From a virus, in UHGV virus genome UHGV-0099328: 14,223 nt of DNA; one strand, given 5' to 3'. The translations under genes were made by a program, and so were the position numbers. Positions 7,693 to 14,223 of this stretch are shown here, in pieces. Each line of letters opens with the position of its first letter. Within the stretch, counting starts at the first letter, position 1. The notes beneath the pieces are model-generated. The model was not told the origin of the DNA and made no database searches. It was given only the letters and a program-made list of their open reading frames with translations.

Positions 7693-8598
7693 ATGTCGAT
7701 TAACAGCAATAGCGAATCCCTGCATCAAATGCAGCTTTTCCCTGTAGTAGAGGTTGTTTCTGATGATATTCCTATGGGCGTTCTCAATGATGGAACTCCT
7801 TACCTAACTCTCTACGGTCTCGCAAAGTTATGCGGCATTGATGACACGCCACTGAGGGTGTTCACATCAAACTGGAACACAGAGAAAAACAAACCCAGAG
7901 GTCAAAAAGTAGCTGCGTATTTAGCTGAGAAAGGGTTTCATAACGTCGAAAAGCTATACACTCGCGTTTTAAATAGCTCAAACGTGGAAACTCATGCTTA
8001 TCCTGACTATGTTTGCATGGCTATCCTCCGTTACTACGCTCTAGATGCCACCAATTTTGATAGGTCAGTCGCAATAGGTAATTTTGTTCGCTTGGCTGAG
8101 TACACGCTTAAGCGAATGATTTATGAAAAGTCAAATTACAACCCAAATGCTTCAATAGATATCTCATTCGAGAACTATAGAGCAAGGATTAAGCTAAACG
8201 ATCAGATACCGACAACTCATTTTGCAGTATTCAGAGAGATAGCTGACATTGCCATGAACCTGATCGGAGGAGGATTCCCAATGGATGACACCACATCTTT
8301 GGATGGAAGTGTTGGAATTCACTGGGGAAAGTATTGGACAGCTAATGGGCTATCTGAGAAATTCGGGGAAAGGGTGCAGTACCCACATTTATTCCCCGAA
8401 AATTACAGGCAGTCAGCTGCAAATAAGCATATAACAGCTTGGATTTATCCTATTGAGGCACTTGGCGTGTTCAGAAAATGGCTACACGATAATTACGCAA
8501 TGGAAAAACTGCCAAATTACCTTGGGAACAAAAAGATTAGTAACGCCTCCGAGCTATTAGAGTCGATAAAAAAACCAGCACTCCCAAATAAGCATTGA
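7693..8598 (+). CDS. Hypothetical protein in the rexA-rexB position; candidate prophage defence / superinfection-exclusion factor
   Basis: 301-aa ORF immediately downstream of and co-oriented with cI, followed by an intrinsic terminator and then oL/pL. It is unrelated to RexA or RexB and looks AT-rich compared with cI. The N-terminal segment PMGVLNDGTPYLTLYGLAKLCGIDDTP loosely resembles KilA-N/Bro-N DNA-binding domains (from memory). Confidence 0.7.
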   Translation: MSINSNSESLHQMQLFPVVEVVSDDIPMGVLNDGTPYLTLYGLAKLCGIDDTPLRVFTSNWNTEKNKPRGQKVAAYLAEKGFHNVEKLYTRVLNSSNVETHAYPDYVCMAILRYYALDATNFDRSVAIGNFVRLAEYTLKRMIYEKSNYNPNASIDISFENYRARIKLNDQIPTTHFAVFREIADIAMNLIGGGFPMDDTTSLDGSVGIHWGKYWTANGLSEKFGERVQYPHLFPENYRQSAANKHITAWIYPIEALGVFRKWLHDNYAMEKLPNYLGNKKISNASELLESIKKPALPNKH

Positions 8599-8610
8599 TC
8601 TCCACCACAA

Positions 8611-8636
8611 CCCGGCATCTGCGCCGGGTTTTCTTT
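8611..8636 (+). terminator. Intrinsic terminator ending the cI operon (lambda timm position)
   Basis: CCCGGC-atctgc-GCCGGG hairpin followed by TTTTCTTT, 13 nt after the stop of the 301-aa gene. Confidence 0.65.
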
Positions 8637-8786
8637 GCCTAACGCCCCCAAAAAACGCATAACCAATTGTATTTATTTCAAAATTAATAGATACAACTCA
8701 CTAAACATCGCAATTCAGATCTCTCGATCACCTTCCCAATCCACACAACCCTGCAAAAAATAAATCTATATAAAAAACATACAGAT

Positions 8787-8856
8787 AACCATCTGCGGTG
8801 ATAAATTATCTCTAGCGGTGTTGACATAAATACCACTGGCGGTGATACTAAGCACA
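8787..8856 (+). promoter_or_regulatory. oL3-oL2-oL1 operators and pL promoter
   Basis: 17-bp operator sites at 8787-8803, 8807-8823 and 8831-8847 (AACCATCTGCGGTGATA, TATCTCTAGCGGTGTTG, TACCACTGGCGGTGATA). pL -35 TTGACA (8821-8826) and -10 GATACT (8844-8849) with 17-bp spacing. Confidence 0.85.
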
Positions 8857-8888
8857 TCAGCAGGACGCACTGACCACCATGAAGGTGA

Positions 8889-8919
8889 CGCTCTTAAAAA
8901 TTAAGCCCTGAAGAAGGGT
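8889..8919 (+). promoter_or_regulatory. nutL (boxA + boxB)
   Basis: boxA CGCTCTTAAAAATTAA followed by boxB GCCCTGAAGAAGGGT. The boxB stem closes with a G-U pair where nutR in this window (and lambda, as recalled) has G-C. Confidence 0.75.
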
Positions 8920-9117
8920 AGCATTCAAAGCAGAAGGCTTTGGGATTGGATGAATGAGCAGGCTGATGCTCGACCAATGTATAAACAGCGCTCATGGCAA
9001 GCAGTAACCAATCTGCGCCTCAAGACAGCGTCACTGGTAGTGCGGGCGCTCTAACCAGTAAGCCGGGGTTCAGCGCCGGCCATCCAATCACCAAAGCTAA
9101 CTGACAGGAGAATCCAG

Positions 9118-9450
9118 ATGGATGCACAAACACGCCGCCGCGAACGTCGCGCAGAGAAACAGGCTCAATGGAAAGCAGCAAATCCCCTGTTAGTTGGGGT
9201 AAGCGCAAAACCAGTTAACCGCCCTATTCTCTCGCTGAATCGAAAACCGAAATCACGAGTAGAAAGCGCACTGAATCCGATAGACCTTACGGTGCTGGCT
9301 GAATACCACGAACAGATTGAAAGCAACCTGCAGCGTATTGAGCGCAAGAATCAGCGCACATGGTACAGCAAGCCACGCAGTGAAATAGGTGTGACTTGCT
9401 CAGGCCGCCAGAAGCAACGCGGAAAATCAATTCCAGCTTATTACGATTGA
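9118..9450 (+). CDS. N: Antitermination protein N (lambda type, variant C-terminus)
   Basis: 110-aa ORF starting MDAQTRRRERRAEKQAQWKAANPLLVG (arginine-rich boxB-binding motif), preceded by AGGAGA. The last 25 or so residues diverge from lambda N as recalled. Confidence 0.9.
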   Translation: MDAQTRRRERRAEKQAQWKAANPLLVGVSAKPVNRPILSLNRKPKSRVESALNPIDLTVLAEYHEQIESNLQRIERKNQRTWYSKPRSEIGVTCSGRQKQRGKSIPAYYD

Positions 9451-9458
9451 GGTGAGCC

Positions 9459-9596
9459 ATGCTCAAGAAAGTCAAGCGCCGACTTTACAAAGAAGGTAGA
9501 TATTCATGCCAGTTGCCAAAATGCGACACAACAAAATGGAGTGTCGATGATTGGTGTAACTGGATAGATAGATACGGAACTTGGTGGGATAAATAA
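9459..9596 (+). CDS. Hypothetical small Cys-rich protein
   Basis: Not in the ORF track (45 aa). ATG at 9459 preceded by TTGAGGTGAG; translation MLKKVKRRLYKEGRYSCQLPKCDTTKWSVDDWCNWIDRYGTWWDK with three Cys and five Trp. Confidence 0.35.
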   Translation: MLKKVKRRLYKEGRYSCQLPKCDTTKWSVDDWCNWIDRYGTWWDK

Positions 9597-9650
9597 CAGG
9601 TAACTTAAGCGTATTTACTTTCGCAGCAAACCACTTATTTGAGGTGAGAT

Positions 9651-10121
9651 ATGACAAAATCATGGAGCGTACCTTTTCCTGAATCAGAAACTGAACATGA
9701 TGGAATGCCTGTTTTCTGGAGATTCCAGGCGACAGTTGAAGAAGATGGGATAAAAATATTCGCACTTCAATATATAGCTTTTCATCAGACAGAGCATTAT
9801 GCATGGTTGGTTCCTGCGCATTGGATTGTTAATTTTAAACCAGCACCAAATCAGTGGTTACAGGAATGGAAACAAAGGAGAAATAGATATGCAATTAAGA
9901 AAGTAGCAAAAAATGCAGAAAGATCTTTTGCATTCCCAACGAAGAAACTTGCTATTGAAAGTTTATTGCGCCGGAAGAAATACCATTTAATGAGAATAAA
10001 ACAAGATTTGGCTGTTGTATCAACTCTTGTTGATGGGATGAAAAATATTGATACATCAACACCAGATATTGAATATAACTTTGGACACAACCAAGAAACA
10101 GAAAACTGGGTGTTTTATTAG
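9651..10121 (+). CDS. Hypothetical protein in the ral/sieB position between N and cIII
   Basis: 156-aa ORF with the same TTGAGGTGAG ribosome-binding motif as the upstream small ORF. AT-rich; no similarity to lambda Ral, SieB or Ea10 as recalled. Confidence 0.65.
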   Translation: MTKSWSVPFPESETEHDGMPVFWRFQATVEEDGIKIFALQYIAFHQTEHYAWLVPAHWIVNFKPAPNQWLQEWKQRRNRYAIKKVAKNAERSFAFPTKKLAIESLLRRKKYHLMRIKQDLAVVSTLVDGMKNIDTSTPDIEYNFGHNQETENWVFY

Positions 10122-10225
10122 TACGAATAAGCACTGTGTATTCATTCCAACGAGTGAATACACGGAGCAATGTCGCTCGTAACCAAACAGGAGCCGACTT
10201 GTTCTGATTATTGGAAATCTTCTTT

Positions 10226-10250
10226 GCCCTCCAGTGTGAGGGCCTTTTTA
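10226..10250 (+). terminator. Intrinsic terminator upstream of cIII
   Basis: GCCCTC-cagtgt-GAGGGC hairpin followed by CTTTTTAT. Confidence 0.5.
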
Positions 10251-10311
10251 TATGCATACCAATAACGCTTCACTCGAGGCGTTTTCGTTATGTATAAATA
10301 AGGAGCACACC

Positions 10312-10476
10312 ATGCAATATGCCATTGCAGGGTGGCCTGTTGCTGGCTGCCCTTCCGAATCTTTACTTGAACGAATCACCCGTAAATTACGTGACGGATG
10401 GAAACGCCTTATCGACATACTTAATCAGCCAGGAGTCCCAAAAAATGGATCAAACACTTATGGCTATCCAGACTAA
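10312..10476 (+). CDS. cIII: CIII (FtsH/HflB inhibitor)
   Basis: 54-aa product [54 protein letters not shown] starting at the internal ATG, preceded by AGGAG; matches lambda CIII as recalled. The ORF track's upstream extension is rejected. Confidence 0.85.
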   Translation: MQYAIAGWPVAGCPSESLLERITRKLRDGWKRLIDILNQPGVPKNGSNTYGYPD

Positions 10477-10588
10477 ATTCACTATCGCCACTTTTATTGG
10501 CGATGAAAAGATGTTTCGTGAAGCCGTCGACGCTTATAAAAAATGGATATTAATACTGAAACTGAGATCAAGCAAAAGCATTCACTAA
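10445..10588 (+). CDS. kil: Kil (host-killing FtsZ inhibitor)
   Basis: 47-aa product [47 protein letters not shown], overlapping the cIII 3' end in another frame as in lambda. Confidence 0.75.
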   Translation: MDQTLMAIQTKFTIATFIGDEKMFREAVDAYKKWILILKLRSSKSIH

Positions 10589-10663
10589 CCCCCTTTCCTG
10601 TTTTCCTAATCAGCCTGGCATTTCGCGGGCGATATTTTCACAGCCATTTTCAGGAGTTCAGCC

Positions 10664-10960
10664 ATGAACGCTTATTACATTCAGGATCGTCTTGAGGCTC
10701 AGAGCTGGGCGCGTCACTACCAGCAGATCGCCCATGAAGAGAAAGAGGCAGAACTGGCAGACGACATGGAAAAAGGCCTGCCCCAGCACCTGTTTGAATC
10801 GCTATGCATCGATCATTTGCAACGCCACGGGGCCAGCAAAAAAGCCATTACCCGTGCGTTTGATGACGATGTTGAGTTTCAGGAGCGCATGGCAGAACAC
10901 ATCCGGTACATGGTTGAAACCATTGCTCACCACCAGGTTGATATTGATTCAGAGGTATAA
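10664..10960 (+). CDS. gam: Gam (RecBCD inhibitor), short GamS form
   Basis: 98-aa [26 protein letters not shown]... matching lambda GamS as recalled. Confidence 0.9.
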   Translation: MNAYYIQDRLEAQSWARHYQQIAHEEKEAELADDMEKGLPQHLFESLCIDHLQRHGASKKAITRAFDDDVEFQERMAEHIRYMVETIAHHQVDIDSEV

Positions 10961-10965
10961 AACGG

Positions 10966-11751
10966 ATGAGTACAGCACTCGCAACGCTGGCAGGGAAGCT
11001 GGCTGAACGTGTCGGCATGGATTCTGTCGACCCACAGGAACTGATCACCACTCTTCGCCAGACGGCATTTAAAGGTGATGCCAGCGATGCGCAGTTCATC
11101 GCATTGTTGATCGTCGCCAACCAGTACGGCCTTAATCCGTGGACGAAAGAAATTTACGCCTTCCCTGATAAGCAGAACGGCATCGTTCCGGTGGTGGGCG
11201 TTGATGGCTGGTCCCGCATCATCAATGAAAACCAGCAGTTTGATGGCATGGACTTTGAGCAGGACAATGAATCCTGTACATGCCGGATTTACCGCAAGGA
11301 CCGTAATCATCCGATCTGCGTTACCGAATGGATGGATGAATGCCGCCGCGAACCATTCAAAACTCGCGAAGGCAGAGAAATCACGGGGCCGTGGCAGTCG
11401 CATCCCAAACGGATGTTACGGCATAAAGCCATGATTCAGTGTGCCCGTCTGGCCTTCGGATTTGCTGGTATCTATGACAAGGATGAAGCCGAGCGCATTG
11501 TCGAAAATACTGCATACACTGCAGAACGTCAGCCAGAACGCGACATCACTCCGGTTAACGATGAAACCATGCAAGAGATTAACACTCTGCTGATCGCCCT
11601 GGATAAAACATGGGATGACGACTTATTGCCGCTCTGTTCCCAGATATTTCGCCGCGACATTCGCGCATCGTCAGAACTGACACAGGCCGAAGCAGTGAAA
11701 GCTCTTGGATTCCTGAAACAGAAAGCCACTGAGCAGAAGGTGGCAGCATGA
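10966..11751 (+). CDS. bet: Bet (Red-beta single-strand annealing protein)
   Basis: 261-aa ORF matching lambda Bet essentially throughout as recalled; its stop overlaps the exo start. Confidence 0.95.
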   Translation: MSTALATLAGKLAERVGMDSVDPQELITTLRQTAFKGDASDAQFIALLIVANQYGLNPWTKEIYAFPDKQNGIVPVVGVDGWSRIINENQQFDGMDFEQDNESCTCRIYRKDRNHPICVTEWMDECRREPFKTREGREITGPWQSHPKRMLRHKAMIQCARLAFGFAGIYDKDEAERIVENTAYTAERQPERDITPVNDETMQEINTLLIALDKTWDDDLLPLCSQIFRRDIRASSELTQAEAVKALGFLKQKATEQKVAA

Positions 11752-12428
11752 CACCGGACATTATCGTGCAGCGTACCGGGATCGACGTGAGAGCTGTCGA
11801 ACAGGGGGATGATACATGGCACAAATTACGGCTCGGCGTCATCACCGCTTCAGAAGTTCACAACGTGATAGCAAAGCCCCGCTCAGGAAAGAAGTGGCCT
11901 GACATGAAAATGTCCTACTTCCACACCCTGCTGGCTGAGGTTTGCACCGGTGTGGCTCCGGAAGTTAATGCTAAGGCGCTGGCCTGGGGAAAACAGTACG
12001 AGAACGACGCCAGAACTCTGTTTGAATTCACTTCCGGCGTGAATGTTACCGAATCCCCGATCATCTATCGCGACGAAAGTATGCGCACCGCCTGCTCTCC
12101 CGATGGTTTATGCAGTGACGGCAATGGCCTTGAGCTGAAATGCCCGTTTACCTCCCGGGATTTCATGAAGTTCCGGCTCGGTGGTTTCGAGGCCATAAAG
12201 TCGGCTTACATGGCCCAGGTGCAGTACAGCATGTGGGTGACACGAAAAGATGCCTGGTACTTTGCCAACTATGACCCGCGTATGAAGCGTGAAGGACTGC
12301 ATTATGTCGTGGTTGAGCGGGATGAAAAGTACATGGCGAGTTTTGACGAGATGGTGCCGGAGTTCATCGAAAAAATGGACGAGGCACTGGCTGAAATTGG
12401 TTTTGTATTTGGGGAGCAATGGCGATGA
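11748..12428 (+). CDS. exo: Exo (Red-alpha 5'-3' exonuclease)
   Basis: 226-aa [54 protein letters not shown]... matching lambda exonuclease as recalled. Confidence 0.95.
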   Translation: MTPDIIVQRTGIDVRAVEQGDDTWHKLRLGVITASEVHNVIAKPRSGKKWPDMKMSYFHTLLAEVCTGVAPEVNAKALAWGKQYENDARTLFEFTSGVNVTESPIIYRDESMRTACSPDGLCSDGNGLELKCPFTSRDFMKFRLGGFEAIKSAYMAQVQYSMWVTRKDAWYFANYDPRMKREGLHYVVVERDEKYMASFDEMVPEFIEKMDEALAEIGFVFGEQWR

Positions 12429-12607
12429 CGCATCCTCACGATAATATCCGGGTAGGCGCGATCACTTTCGTCTACTCCATTACAAAGCGAGGCTGGGTAT
12501 TTCCCGGTCTTTCTGTTATCAGAAATCCACTGAAAGCACAGGGGCTGGCTGAAGAGATAAATAATAAACGAGGGGCTGTATGCACAAAGCATCTCCTGTT
12601 GAATTAA
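12425..12607 (+). CDS. Small hypothetical protein (lambda orf60a-like)
   Basis: 60-aa product [29 protein letters not shown]... from the ATG overlapping the exo stop. Position and sequence recall the lambda b-region small ORF. Confidence 0.5.
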   Translation: MTHPHDNIRVGAITFVYSITKRGWVFPGLSVIRNPLKAQGLAEEINNKRGAVCTKHLLLN

Positions 12608-13065
12608 GAACGAGTATCGAGATGGCACATAGCCTTGCTCAAATTGGAGTCAGGTTTGTGCCAATACCAGTAGAAACAGACGAAGAATTTCATACGTTAG
12701 CCGCATCCCTTTCACAAAAGCTGGAAATGATGGCGGCGAAAGCAGAAGCAAACGAGAGAGAGACCCGGCATGACAACAACAGAATGCATTTTTCTGGCAG
12801 CGGGCTTCATATTCTGTGTGCTTATGCTTGCCGACATGGGACTTGTTCAATGACACCTCAGCAAGAAAACGCCCTTCGCAGCATTGCCCGTCAGGCTAAT
12901 TCTGAAATCAAAAATGCCAGACAGCAGTTTCCGGATAAAAACGTCGATGACATTTGCCGTAGCGTACTGAAGAAGCACCGCGAAACGGTAACGCTGATGG
13001 GATTCACACCGACTCACTTAAGTCTGGCAATCGGTATGTTAAACGGCGTCTTTAAGGAACGGTGA
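12580..13065 (+). CDS. Hypothetical protein (lambda orf63/orf61-like, apparently composite)
   Basis: 161-aa ORF with GAGGGG 5 nt upstream of the ATG. N-terminal and C-terminal segments each resemble separate small lambda ORFs as recalled. Confidence 0.5.
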   Translation: MHKASPVELRTSIEMAHSLAQIGVRFVPIPVETDEEFHTLAASLSQKLEMMAAKAEANERETRHDNNRMHFSGSGLHILCAYACRHGTCSMTPQQENALRSIARQANSEIKNARQQFPDKNVDDICRSVLKKHRETVTLMGFTPTHLSLAIGMLNGVFKER

Positions 13066-13163
13066 ACATGAAAAGCAAAATCATCAGGGAGCTACAGGCT
13101 CCTTTTTTATTATTCGCATTCACCCTCAAGCGTATTAACCAACAATTCAGGGATTAATGAAAG

Positions 13164-13385
13164 ATGGCAGATATCATTGATTCAGCATCAGAAATTGAAG
13201 AATTACAGCGCAATACAGCAATAAAAATGCGTCGCCTGAACTACCAGACTGTATCCGCAACTCATTGTTGTGAGTGTGGCGATCCGATAGATGAACGAAG
13301 ACGCCTGGCAGTTCAGGGTTGTCGGACTTGTGCAAGTTGCCAGGAGGATCTGGAGCTTATCAGTAAACAGAGAGGTTCGAAGTGA
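13164..13385 (+). CDS. TraR/DksA-family C4 zinc-finger protein (lambda orf73-like)
   Basis: 73-aa ORF with CCECG-x17-CRTCASC four-cysteine motif and an acidic N-terminal helix, typical of TraR-like RNA polymerase-binding proteins. Confidence 0.75.
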   Translation: MADIIDSASEIEELQRNTAIKMRRLNYQTVSATHCCECGDPIDERRRLAVQGCRTCASCQEDLELISKQRGSK

Positions 13386-13455
13386 TTCCACTGTCGCCAG
13401 GCCATGCCTACGGGATGTTTATGGAACGTTTTAACGAGTTATCGGAGTTACGCAA

Positions 13456-13806
13456 ATGCGCATGAATGTTTTCGAAATGGAAGGGTTTCTTCGCGGGAAA
13501 TGTGTACCACGAGATCTGAAAGTGAATGAAACAAATGCTGAGTATCTGGTGCGTAAATTCGATGAAGTACGTGCTGAGGCTCGCAACGAGGGTATTAACT
13601 ATACCGCAAGCCGTCTTGCTGCGGCTTTCAATCACGGATTTATCAATAAGTCTTTACGTGAAGTTTTCGACGTTACACGCATGATTCTGTCAGCGAAAGA
13701 AGAGTTGGCTAATGAACCACACCCGATTGATGGCCTGTCCGGTGAATATGCGGAGAAATCCCTAGAAGAATGGGCGGAACAGATTCGCAAAGGAGGCAAC
13801 CAGTGA
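13456..13806 (+). CDS. Hypothetical protein (ea8.5 position)
   Basis: 116-aa ORF with an upstream in-frame stop fixing the start; no family recognised. Confidence 0.55.
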   Translation: MRMNVFEMEGFLRGKCVPRDLKVNETNAEYLVRKFDEVRAEARNEGINYTASRLAAAFNHGFINKSLREVFDVTRMILSAKEELANEPHPIDGLSGEYAEKSLEEWAEQIRKGGNQ

Positions 13807-14223
13807 GCAAGATTGACTATCAAGAACTGCGCGAGGCGGCGGAACAGGCAACGCAAGATGAATGGGTAGCATATATTTTGCCGGGTCATAACGGCATTTA
13901 TCCTGCGCGCACGTCTGAGGGTAGGCATTGCGGATACTTTATTGACTGGCCTGGCGTCTGTCAGGGGCGGGAGAGCATCAGCATCAGAACCTACGCAGTG
14001 AATTGCAATGACGCATGGCTAAACACCGAAGGTGATGACATCTCCGGCTCATACGTTAAGTACAAAGACCATCAGGAAGTGGTTGCCGCTCTTGAGGCCA
14101 AGTGCGCGGCGCTGGCTGCTGAGAATGCGGGAATAAAGTCTGCAATTCCAAAATCACGGGATATTGAGGATGACAATGACAATATGGATGACGTATCTCT
14201 CGCGGAAGACTTCGGGTTCAATC
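13803..14223 (+). CDS. Hypothetical protein, partial (Ea22-like), continues beyond window end
   Basis: Not in the ORF track (no stop inside the window). GTG at 13803 preceded by AGGAGG at 6-nt spacing; translation VSKIDYQELREAAEQATQDEWVAY... runs open to position 14223. An in-frame ATG at 13770 is an alternative start. Confidence 0.5.
   Translation, partial: MSKIDYQELREAAEQATQDEWVAYILPGHNGIYPARTSEGRHCGYFIDWPGVCQGRESISIRTYAVNCNDAWLNTEGDDISGSYVKYKDHQEVVAALEAKCAALAAENAGIKSAIPKSRDIEDDNDNMDDVSLAEDFGFN

Noticed and set aside
9020-9208. 62-aa minus-strand ORF spanning the N leader and N start
   Set aside because: Opposes pL transcription and overlaps the N ribosome-binding site and 5' coding region; no start signals.
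9472-10257. Minus-strand ORFs of 110, 79 and 101 aa across the N-to-cIII insert
   Set aside because: They overlap the plus-strand 156-aa gene (which has a strong ribosome-binding site) and run through terminator hairpins, and they oppose the pL transcription direction. A minus-strand sieB-like gene cannot be fully excluded without homology search.
10252-10476. 74-aa extended cIII ORF starting at 10252
   Set aside because: The internal ATG at 10312 has a canonical AGGAG and yields the 54-aa CIII; the upstream extension crosses the terminator T-run.
10848-11403. Minus-strand ORFs of 90 and 158 aa antisense to bet
   Set aside because: Contained within the near-lambda bet gene; products are Cys/Arg-rich antisense artefacts.

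Overview
This window is the early/immunity region of a lambda-like (lambdoid) prophage, laid out in the reverse of the conventional lambda map. All protein identifications rest on reading the six-frame translations against remembered lambda/P22 proteins; no database search was run. Reading left to right: two tRNA genes (minus strand), a Q-type late antiterminator, a shortened nin block (NinI, NinG, NinF, NinE, NinB), three small unknown ORFs, a tR2-like terminator, a DnaB-type helicase, an O/gp18-like initiator with origin iterons inside it, a cII/C1-like activator, nutR, Cro, the oR/pR/pRM switch, cI, a 301-aa unknown gene where lambda carries rexA-rexB, a terminator, oL/pL, nutL, a structured N leader, N, a non-lambda insert (45-aa Cys-rich ORF plus 156-aa ORF), cIII, Kil, Gam, Bet, Exo and small lambda-like b-region ORFs. 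The phage is a mosaic: lambda-type immunity and Red recombination modules joined to a P22-like replication module and a non-lambda Q with tRNAs. The best candidates for an undescribed system are the two AT-rich accessory islands sitting in the classical superinfection-exclusion positions: the 301-aa gene downstream of cI (7693-8598) and the N-to-cIII insert (9459-10121). The family assignments proposed for them are hypotheses only.
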